Shown here one piece after another: positions 54,303-61,652 of a DNA stretch of 64,000 bases (positions are counted from its first letter, which is position 1; each line of letters starts with the position of its first letter). The stretch comes from Agathobacter rectalis. Lineage in GTDB: Bacteria; Actinomycetota; Coriobacteriia; Coriobacteriales; QAMH01. Position numbers and translations under genes: made by a program. The notes beneath the pieces are model-generated. The model made no database searches and had not been told where the DNA came from. It saw only the letters and a list, made by a program, of their open reading frames with translations. Where the stretch lies: contig CAVAPV010000001.1 in the NCBI GenBank assembly GCA_963590525.1, positions 45,680 through 109,679 of the forward strand. Reading direction: 5' to 3'.

Positions 54303-57077
54303 ATGGTCTGTAGCAGCATGCAGGGTGTGGATCGCAATCGCGTGCAGCGTATGGCGCAGTGCGCGCTCTTGGGTGCGCTGGCCTTGGTTTTGAGCTACAT
54401 AGAGACGATGATTCCTCTGCCCTTTGCCGTTCCCGGTATCAAGCTTGGGCTTGCCAATGCCGCTGTGCTCGTGGCGCTTTTGCTTGTTGACAGCCGCGCT
54501 GCTGTTGGGGTGGCGCTTGTCAAAGTGCTGGCAAGCGGCTTTCTCTTTGGAACGCCCACGATGCTGACTTACAGTGCCTGCGGCACAGTGCTTGCCGTTT
54601 TGGTGATGGTTGTCATGGCAAAGCCCTGCGGCTTGGGTGCCGTGCCCGTAAGCATGGCAAGCGCCATATGCCACAACATCGGCCAGTTAGCGGTAGCTGC
54701 GTTCATGTTGTCGAGCACGGCAGTTTTTGCGACCTTGCCCGTGCTGGCAGCGGCTGCATGCGTGACCGGTGCGATCATTGGCGTTGCAGCCCAAGGCGTG
54801 GTGAGTGCCTTGCAGGCAGATGCAGGTTGCGACCGCGTTCCGGTTGATTTGAGCGGCTTAGTGCTGCATCCCGGCGAGCATGTTGCCTTTGTGGGCGCCA
54901 ACGGCAGCGGTAAGTCTACGGCAGCGTTGCAGCTTGCAGGGCTGCTTGCGGCAGGTGTTGCAGCTGATGGAGCTGGCTTTGGGGCGGCAGGTGACCTTGC
55001 GCCGGTGCGCTTGGTGTTGCAGGATCCAACAAACCAGCTGGTCAAGGGTACGGTAGAAGATGATGTCGCTTTTGGCCCGGAGAATCTGGGCATGCCCTTG
55101 CCGCAGATGCGCAGCCTGGTGGCCAAGGCGATGGATGATATCGGCGTGCAAGAGCTTGCCGCAAGCGACGTCAACGAGTTGTCCGGTGGGCAGGGGCAGC
55201 AAGTGGCTATAGCCGGCGTTTTGGCTATGCAACCTGGGGTGATCGTCTTTGACGAGGCGACGTCGATGCTCGATATTGCGGCTCGCGCGCGCTTTGAGAC
55301 CCTGGTGGGAGAGCTGTGCGCGGCTGGCGTTGCCGTGGTGACGGTGACGCAGCATGCAAATGAGGCCCTTGCGGCGGATAGGGCCGTGCTGTTTGAGGCG
55401 GGCAAGATCTCCTACATCGGCACGCCCGCCTGTGCGCTGTCCAAGCTTGAGGCGGATATGTTGCCTGCATGCAATTGCGACGCGCTGCAAGAAGACGCGA
55501 CTGCTAGCGATGCTCCTGCTGCAGACGCGGGTGTGGCCGTGGGCGATGACGCAACTGCAGATGCTGTCGAGAAAGACCGCGCTTTGCGCTGCGACGGGCT
55601 ATGCGTTGCCTACCCAGGCAGCAACGCGCGCGTTTTGGATGGCGTGTCTTTGAGCATTGAACCCGGTTGTGTGCTGGGGCTTACAGGGCCTTGCGGCGGC
55701 GGCAAGTCGACGCTGGCACGCGCGCTTGCGGGCTATCTTTTGCCAGAAGAGGGTGCAGTGCAGCTTGACGGGCTTTGCCTGAGTGCAACGCGCGAGGTGC
55801 AAGACGCCTATCGTCGTAAAGTCGCTTGTGTCGATCAGCGCCCCGAGCAAGCCCTCTTTGCGCAGACAGCCTTTGACGATGTGCTTTTTGGGGCCTTGAA
55901 CTTGGGCTTGGACGATGACGAGGCGCAAGCCAGGGCAGCAGCAGCGCTTGAGGCGGTGGGTGTCGACCCTGATCAGGCCAAGGAGAAAAGCCCGTTTAGC
56001 TATTCCGGCGGCGAGCAGCGACGCATTGCCATTGCGGGAATGCTCGTGCTCAATACCCCGTATCTGATATTTGACGAGCCTTGCGCCGGCCTTGACCCGC
56101 ATGAGCTGCGCCGTTTGGCTAGGCTCATTGCCAAGCTGCGCCAAGAGGGCAAGGGCATCTTGCTCATCGCCCACGACGATGCGTTTTTGCGGGCTTGTGC
56201 GGATAGCGTTGTCGAGGTTTCTGCATTGGGTGCCTCTATGCAGCAGCAAAGCGATTCATGCGCGCGCGTCCCGCGCCGCGTGCCAGCTCGCTTTGGCCGC
56301 TATGTGTCTGGCAGCTCGTTTATGCACAACCTGGATGCACGTGCAAAACTCGTGCTTTGCTTGCTGTATATGGTTGCGGGCTTTGTTGCGCAGGATTGGC
56401 TGGCCTTGGGCTTGGTTGCGCTTTTTGGTGCGGGAATGCTTGCTGCGGCAAAGACCACGCCGCGCCAAGCATGGGCTGCTTTTAGGCCCTTTATAGGGCT
56501 CATGGTTTTTGTGGGCCTCTTTGACCTCTTCTTTACCGGCGGCGATGACGTTTGGTGGCAAGCGGGCCCTCTTTGCGTGAGCGGGCAGAGTGCCTCATTT
56601 GCCGCGCAGTCTGTTTTGCGTTTTGCGCTTGTGGCCATTGCCACCTCGACCTTGATGGCAACCACGAGCGCCACGCAGCTTGGCGATGGTTGCACGGCAT
56701 TGCTCGAACCTTTGCGCCGCTTGGGGGTGTGCATTGACGATGTGGCGCTTTCTTTGAGCATGACCTTGCGTTTTGTCCCGCTGGTCCAAGGCGAGTTCTT
56801 TGCTGTCAAGCGTGCGCAGGAGGCGCGTTTAGCGCGCTTTAACAGCGGTAGCGTGGCACAGCGCGTAAAAGCGTACGGCCCGGTGTTCGTGCCGCTTTTT
56901 GCCGGCTGTCTGCGCCGTAGCCAAGACCTTGCCTTGGCAATCCAAAACCGCGCCTATGGTTGCGTTGCCGCGCGCAGCCGTTACCGCAAGCTCTCTGTGG
57001 GTGCTGCCGATGCGGCTGCGTTGCTATTGACGTTAGCGCTTGTCATCGCTGTGATTGCCTTGAGGGCCATCGCCTAG
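54303..57077 (+). CDS. single-polypeptide ECF-type transporter: Gx-transporter (Hpre_diP_synt_I-like) TM domain + EcfA + EcfA' + EcfT
   Basis: 924-aa uninterrupted frame.
- aa 17-170: PGIKLGLANAAVL-type TM domain.
- aa 178-385: ABC domain (GANGSGKST, LQDPTNQ, LSGGQGQQ, VIVFDEAT).
- aa 427-640: second ABC domain (GPCGGGKST, YSGGEQRR, YLIFDEP, LIAHD).
- aa 665-924: CbiQ/EcfT-like domain (MHNLDARAKL..., SMTLRFVP, AIQNRAY). Confidence 0.8.
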   Translation: MVCSSMQGVDRNRVQRMAQCALLGALALVLSYIETMIPLPFAVPGIKLGLANAAVLVALLLVDSRAAVGVALVKVLASGFLFGTPTMLTYSACGTVLAVLVMVVMAKPCGLGAVPVSMASAICHNIGQLAVAAFMLSSTAVFATLPVLAAAACVTGAIIGVAAQGVVSALQADAGCDRVPVDLSGLVLHPGEHVAFVGANGSGKSTAALQLAGLLAAGVAADGAGFGAAGDLAPVRLVLQDPTNQLVKGTVEDDVAFGPENLGMPLPQMRSLVAKAMDDIGVQELAASDVNELSGGQGQQVAIAGVLAMQPGVIVFDEATSMLDIAARARFETLVGELCAAGVAVVTVTQHANEALAADRAVLFEAGKISYIGTPACALSKLEADMLPACNCDALQEDATASDAPAADAGVAVGDDATADAVEKDRALRCDGLCVAYPGSNARVLDGVSLSIEPGCVLGLTGPCGGGKSTLARALAGYLLPEEGAVQLDGLCLSATREVQDAYRRKVACVDQRPEQALFAQTAFDDVLFGALNLGLDDDEAQARAAAALEAVGVDPDQAKEKSPFSYSGGEQRRIAIAGMLVLNTPYLIFDEPCAGLDPHELRRLARLIAKLRQEGKGILLIAHDDAFLRACADSVVEVSALGASMQQQSDSCARVPRRVPARFGRYVSGSSFMHNLDARAKLVLCLLYMVAGFVAQDWLALGLVALFGAGMLAAAKTTPRQAWAAFRPFIGLMVFVGLFDLFFTGGDDVWWQAGPLCVSGQSASFAAQSVLRFALVAIATSTLMATTSATQLGDGCTALLEPLRRLGVCIDDVALSLSMTLRFVPLVQGEFFAVKRAQEARLARFNSGSVAQRVKAYGPVFVPLFAGCLRRSQDLALAIQNRAYGCVAARSRYRKLSVGAADAAALLLTLALVIAVIALRAIA

Positions 57078-57213
57078 CAGTTGGAGACGTGAAGCCGGCG
57101 CCCTCTGCCAGGTGGCGGATGTCTGACCCTGCCTGCGTTTTGCCGCCCATCTGCCTTGGGGCAAAAATTTCCCAGATGCTTGGGGCGATTGTGGTAATCT
57201 GCTCAGTCTGTGA

Positions 57214-57229
57214 GTTATCTATTGCTAAC
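57214..57229. promoter_or_regulatory. candidate operator S3, GTTATC-TATT-GCTAAC
   Basis: One arm mismatch; 37 nt upstream of the GTG at 57266. Confidence 0.35.
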
Positions 57230-57265
57230 TCTTTATCACCTGCTACTAGAGCGAGGAGAGTGCTT

Positions 57266-57712
57266 GTGAACAGCCATGCCGCGGTCAAGAACTTCATAGC
57301 AAAGGCTTGCTGCCTTGCGGCCGTGGTGGCCTGCATCGTCTCCTTTAGCAATTGGGCTGCTGCGGTCAATAGCGCAGACGCCCAGGTCCAAGCGCAGATC
57401 GATGCCGCCGAGCGTGCCAGCCAGCGCGGTCCTTTTGACGTGGCCGACGGCACCTATACCGGCAGTGCCAAAGGTTACGGCGGCGATGTCGTGGTGAGTG
57501 TGACGGTAAGCAACGGCTATATCGACAAGCTCGAGCTGGTGAGCGCCAAAGACGAAGACGAGGCTTGGCTCAAGATGGCCGTTAAGCTTTTGGATACCAT
57601 TCCCGCCAAGCAGACGACCGACGTCGACGTCATCAGCGATGCTACCTACAGCTCCGCCGGCATCATCAACGCTACGCGCAATGCCCTCAAAGACGCACCC
57701 AAGGCGCAGTAA
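57266..57712 (+). CDS. membrane-anchored FMN_bind-domain protein (RnfG/NqrC-type flavinylation target)
   Basis: ORF 56960..57712; the GTG at 57266 follows GAGGAGAG. TM anchor, then DGTYTGSAKGYGGDVVVSVTVSNGYI...DVDVISDATYSSAGI. Confidence 0.75.
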   Translation: MNSHAAVKNFIAKACCLAAVVACIVSFSNWAAAVNSADAQVQAQIDAAERASQRGPFDVADGTYTGSAKGYGGDVVVSVTVSNGYIDKLELVSAKDEDEAWLKMAVKLLDTIPAKQTTDVDVISDATYSSAGIINATRNALKDAPKAQ

Positions 57713-57714
57713 CC

Positions 57715-59004
57715 ATGGCGGCGCAAGACATGACATCAAACAGAGCCTTGGCTAGCGACACATCGCAGGATGCGTTCTGCGATGCGGATATCCTGGATGA
57801 TATGCCCCGTCGCCTGCCCAAGTTTACTTGCTGCGATAGCTGCGAGGGCTGCGGCGCCTGTGCTGGCGAAGTTGCGACAGCAGACAGGAACACAGCTCAA
57901 GAGCCCAAATCCAACGCAGCCCAAAAGGCAGGGGCAAAGGCCAAAGCCAAAGCTGAGCCCAAGTCCAAGCGTTCCAAACCTAAGAAGGGCTCTGCGGCAT
58001 GGAAGAGGCAATGTGACCAACGTATCCACACGGTAGTGCGCTTTATCGTCCAGATTGCCTTCTTTGTCTTGGCCCCTGGCTTGTTTAGCAGCGCGCTCAA
58101 CGGCGTCAAGTACATCTGCACGCAGATCGGCGCTGTGCAGGCAATCGAGCCTGGCTCCTTTGTCGCGGTGCTTGTTGCCGCAGTGGCTTACACGGTGCTC
58201 TTTGGGCGTTTCTTTTGCGGTTACGCCTGCGCGTTTGGAACCATGGGCGACGTGCTCTTTGGTCTTTTTACGCCGCTGCGAAAACTGCTCCATATCCCTA
58301 GCTTGCAAGGTTATCCTCGTTTGCTCTCATGCTTGCAGGCGTTCAAGCTCGTGGTCTTGGCCGCCGTATGCGCGCTGTGCTTTACGGGTTTTTGGGATGC
58401 CGTTGCCGCATACAGCCCCTGGACGGTCTTTGGCAAGGTGACAAGCGGTGCGGGCTTTGGGGGCGTTGCCATAAAGGGTATTTGCGTTCTTGCCTGCATC
58501 ATGCTGATGCAGGGCCTCTTTGAGCGCTCCTTTTGCCGCTTCTTGTGCCCTATGGGCGCGCTTTTCTCACTGTTGCCCGTGTTGCCATTCTCTCAGTTCA
58601 ATCGCAGACGCGAAGCTTGCGCAAAAAGCTGCAACCGCTGTCAGGATGCCTGTCCGGTAGACATCCACCCAGATCAAGGGAGCTTTCATGCGGGGGAGTG
58701 CATCTCGTGTGGCAGATGCGCTGTTGGCTGCCCGATAAGCAACGTGAACCTCGTCTACGTTCCCGAGTTGCCCGCCGCTGCCTCTGCAGGTGAATCTGCC
58801 GATAAGCAGGCCGATAAATCTGCCGATGAAAAAGCCGCAAAAAAGCCCACAAAGCCCCAGGCACTTGTCAAGTGGCGCGGCAGCGGTGTGCCCACGGTGC
58901 TGGTTAAGGCTTTGGTCTTGCTTGCTGTGTGCTGGCTGGTGGGTTTGCTGCGCTTTGCGCCATCGCCCGCCGATGTCTTGCCCTTTGCCCTGCCCTGGAT
59001 GTAG
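57715..59004 (+). CDS. NapH/MauN-like membrane polyferredoxin (4Fe-4S binding) with a Cys-rich, Lys-rich N-terminal extension
   Basis: FFCGYACAFG, CRFLCPMGA, CNRCQDACP and CISCGRCAVGCP, with several TM helices. N-terminal CCDSCEGCGAC. Confidence 0.78.
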   Translation: MAAQDMTSNRALASDTSQDAFCDADILDDMPRRLPKFTCCDSCEGCGACAGEVATADRNTAQEPKSNAAQKAGAKAKAKAEPKSKRSKPKKGSAAWKRQCDQRIHTVVRFIVQIAFFVLAPGLFSSALNGVKYICTQIGAVQAIEPGSFVAVLVAAVAYTVLFGRFFCGYACAFGTMGDVLFGLFTPLRKLLHIPSLQGYPRLLSCLQAFKLVVLAAVCALCFTGFWDAVAAYSPWTVFGKVTSGAGFGGVAIKGICVLACIMLMQGLFERSFCRFLCPMGALFSLLPVLPFSQFNRRREACAKSCNRCQDACPVDIHPDQGSFHAGECISCGRCAVGCPISNVNLVYVPELPAAASAGESADKQADKSADEKAAKKPTKPQALVKWRGSGVPTVLVKALVLLAVCWLVGLLRFAPSPADVLPFALPWM

Positions 59005-59025
59005 GGGAAGCAGCTCGGATCGATT

Positions 59026-59054
59026 CGCAGGTGCGAGTAGGGGAGAGCATTGCT
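59026..59054. repeat. 29-nt intergenic motif, copy B (CGCAGGTGCGAGTAGGGGAGAGCATTGCT), overlapping the hairpin GGGAGAGC-ATT-GCTCTCCC
   Basis: Matches 14829..14857 at 26 of 29 positions. Confidence 0.5.
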
Positions 59055-59146
59055 CTCCCGCGTAGGCTGCAACATCGTGCGCTGTACGAGCGCCGGCATG
59101 TTTCTGTGCCCGCTAAGAAAAGCAGAAATTAATTGGAATCATGTTA

Positions 59147-59162
59147 GTTAGCTTATGCTAAC
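59147..59162. promoter_or_regulatory. candidate operator S4, GTTAGC-TTAT-GCTAAC
   Basis: Perfect arms, in the AT-rich region upstream of the 666-aa protein gene. Confidence 0.4.
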
Positions 59163-59417
59163 ATTGCGCCCGCAGATGATATTTGCTGCTGCGCTGGTAA
59201 GCGCATCTAAGGCGATTCTCGTCTTTAGAGCTATTCCAAACTAATAACTGTATAGCTTTTGACCTGCGCATATGCTGCATAGCTGCTGCATTCCCAAAAA
59301 CGCGTAGGTAAAGGCGGAGGACCTGTGGGTGCGTGCAAGGCAATGCAATACATGCGCTGCCGCACTAGGTTTCTCAAACGACGGAATCTGTGAGAGAGAT
59401 TCAGAAAGCGAGGGATC

Positions 59418-61418
59418 GTGATAGACGACAAGACCTACGTGTTTGATGCCAGCAAGCCTTTTGCAAGGCGCACGTCTAGCAAGGCTGCCAAAGCCGGAGT
59501 CTTTGCGTTGGCGGCGGCATTGGGCATGATGACCGTGCCTGTACAGGCGTTTGCAAGCTATTTGCCTCAGACCGGCACCGGCAAGGCCGTCATGAGCTCC
59601 ACGGGTGACAGCTGGGATAACCAGCTCAAGAAGCTTGGCGTTGCAAAGAACGCTGATGGCACCAAAACCGCTTCTTACACCGGCATCGCGCATAGCGATT
59701 TGATCCATTACTCCGCCTACGGGCTTACAACGCAGGTTACCTTTGACTCCAAGGGCACCGTCACGGCAATCAACCTCACAAGCGGCAACGAGACCTTTGC
59801 CGGTGCGTGGGGTTACAAGAACGTAGGCAAGCAGGTGGCTGCTATCGACGGCTACCTGCCTGACGGTTGCTCGCTTGACGTTACGGGTAATCGCAAGGAC
59901 GGTTTCACGCCTGCCATCGTTAGCAAGACGGGCCTGAGCACGAGTTTTGCCGGTTTGGCATATTACTCGGTGGATGCAAACGGCAAGGCTACCGCGGTGA
60001 CCCCCAAGACGACCACGAGCGCCTCTGGGGGCAATAGCGGCGGCAAGGCGCGTCCGGGCGCAGCCGCCACCACGTATGACGACTGGGATTACAAGAGCGG
60101 TAAGCTCATGGTGACCGATGATAGCGTCAACGTCGTATGCGTTACCTTTAGCATCGGCGCGGAGTCCGCAATCAAATTCAACACCTATTTCTGCATCGCT
60201 CAAGACGGAACCGTCGATACGGACAGCGCAAGCGCGGCTAACAAGTATCTTGATACGCTTGCGGCAACCACGTGGGATGCGACGCCTGCTCTTGCCGGCA
60301 CCATGGCCGAGACCAATCGCGACAAGTGGACGCTCGTGATGGCAACGGTCAACCTGCAGCGCCAGCTGCTCTCGTGGAGCGAAAGCATTAAAAGCGGCTT
60401 TGAGGCAGCAGGCGAGGTGAGCGATCTTGACACGATCTCTGGTGCAACAAAAACATCCGAGCCGTTTGTTGCCGCGCTCAATCAGGCTTACACGGATGGC
60501 TACATCAAATCTGTAGCCGATAACGTCAAGCTGACCATCGACGGCGGTACTTCCAACGCCATCGACGTCAATGCCAATCCAGCGGACCGCTCCAGCGTAA
60601 GCAAGGACAGCTCGGGCAACTACGTGCTCACTAACGTCTTTCCCTATGGCGAAGATCGCACGGAAGTGCACGGAACCACATTGGATACGATCGAGACGTA
60701 TGCGATTGAAGGCGATGTGAGCACGGCAGAGATCGCAAAGATCGCCAAGGGCCGCAGCGACTACCAGCCGCTTAGCTCATACAGCCCCAAGATGGTAATC
60801 GGTTACGAAGAAGATGATGGCGACCCCATTTATTCCGAAGGATGGCCCGACTTCAAGGATCTGAGCGGGGATATCGATGTCGACTACGATGCAAGCGATG
60901 GCACGGCCCCAATCAAGGTGACGGTCAACAACAAGAAGATCACTCATCTGGCGCTTACCTACACCATAGGACACGGTACCATCACCATGGTGTACGACTT
61001 GAAGCAGATGGAGGCTGCAGCCAAGGTCACAGCCCAGATTAAGTCTATGAAGGCCAACAACGTCAAGCAGGTTGCAGCAGCGCGCAAAGCTTACAACGCG
61101 CTTTCAACCGACGTCCGCGGGTTTGTAACCAACATCGACAAGCTGGTCAAGGCAGAGGCAAATGCAGCCGTCACTGTCACGCCCGCAAGCAAGAGCTTCA
61201 AGGCCTCGGTGCTCAAGAAGGGTGCCAAGAGCTTTAGCGTCAAGGTCAAGGGGTCGACTGCTACAGCGACCTTTAGCGTGGCAAAGTCGAGCAAGAAGGT
61301 TTTGAGCGTGACCAAGAAGGGCAAGGTCACCGTCAAGAAGGGCACCAAGAAGGGAAGCTACAAGCTCTCTGTCAAAGTCGGCAGCGTTTCTAAGACGATT
61401 GCCGTCAAGGTTAAGTAA
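59418..61418 (+). CDS. secreted 666-aa surface protein with an internal FMN_bind-type flavinylation site and a Lys-rich Ig-like C-terminus
   Basis: GTG start after GAGGGA, signal peptide (...VPVQAFA/SY), canonical DTISGATKTS at 60429..60449, C-terminal KKGKVTVKKGTKKGSYKLSV. Confidence 0.8.
   Translation: MIDDKTYVFDASKPFARRTSSKAAKAGVFALAAALGMMTVPVQAFASYLPQTGTGKAVMSSTGDSWDNQLKKLGVAKNADGTKTASYTGIAHSDLIHYSAYGLTTQVTFDSKGTVTAINLTSGNETFAGAWGYKNVGKQVAAIDGYLPDGCSLDVTGNRKDGFTPAIVSKTGLSTSFAGLAYYSVDANGKATAVTPKTTTSASGGNSGGKARPGAAATTYDDWDYKSGKLMVTDDSVNVVCVTFSIGAESAIKFNTYFCIAQDGTVDTDSASAANKYLDTLAATTWDATPALAGTMAETNRDKWTLVMATVNLQRQLLSWSESIKSGFEAAGEVSDLDTISGATKTSEPFVAALNQAYTDGYIKSVADNVKLTIDGGTSNAIDVNANPADRSSVSKDSSGNYVLTNVFPYGEDRTEVHGTTLDTIETYAIEGDVSTAEIAKIAKGRSDYQPLSSYSPKMVIGYEEDDGDPIYSEGWPDFKDLSGDIDVDYDASDGTAPIKVTVNNKKITHLALTYTIGHGTITMVYDLKQMEAAAKVTAQIKSMKANNVKQVAAARKAYNALSTDVRGFVTNIDKLVKAEANAAVTVTPASKSFKASVLKKGAKSFSVKVKGSTATATFSVAKSSKKVLSVTKKGKVTVKKGTKKGSYKLSVKVGSVSKTIAVKVK
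61312..61354. repeat. 43-nt perfect inverted-repeat arm (partner at 50858..50900)
   Basis: See the partner entry. Confidence 0.9.
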
Positions 61419-61446
61419 AAAGACCTGCTCTTTGACCGAGGGCACG

Positions 61447-61476
61447 AGGAGGCGAGCATCGCTCGCCTCCTTTTGT
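61447..61476 (+). terminator. rho-independent terminator
   Basis: AGGAGGCGAGC-ATC-GCTCGCCTCCT followed by TTTGTGTG. Confidence 0.7.
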
Positions 61477-61652
61477 GTGCCTAAAAAGTTAGCCTCTCCT
61501 AAAATTCCTGCACAAAGATACTAGACAACGTCCACTAAAAGTACATAATGCATAGTCGGCTTTTTGATATAGGTGCGATTTGCAATATGTGGGGATCGCT
61601 TCGTTATCGTCAAACCAAGCCGATTTCGTACTTTTAAGAGAAAGAGGGATTA

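Noticed and set aside
59562-59576. LPQTG (sortase-type LPXTG) motif in the 666-aa surface protein
   Set aside because: It sits at residues 49-53, immediately after the signal-peptide cleavage region, not at the C-terminus followed by a hydrophobic segment and basic tail. It therefore cannot act as a classical sorting signal and is probably coincidental.
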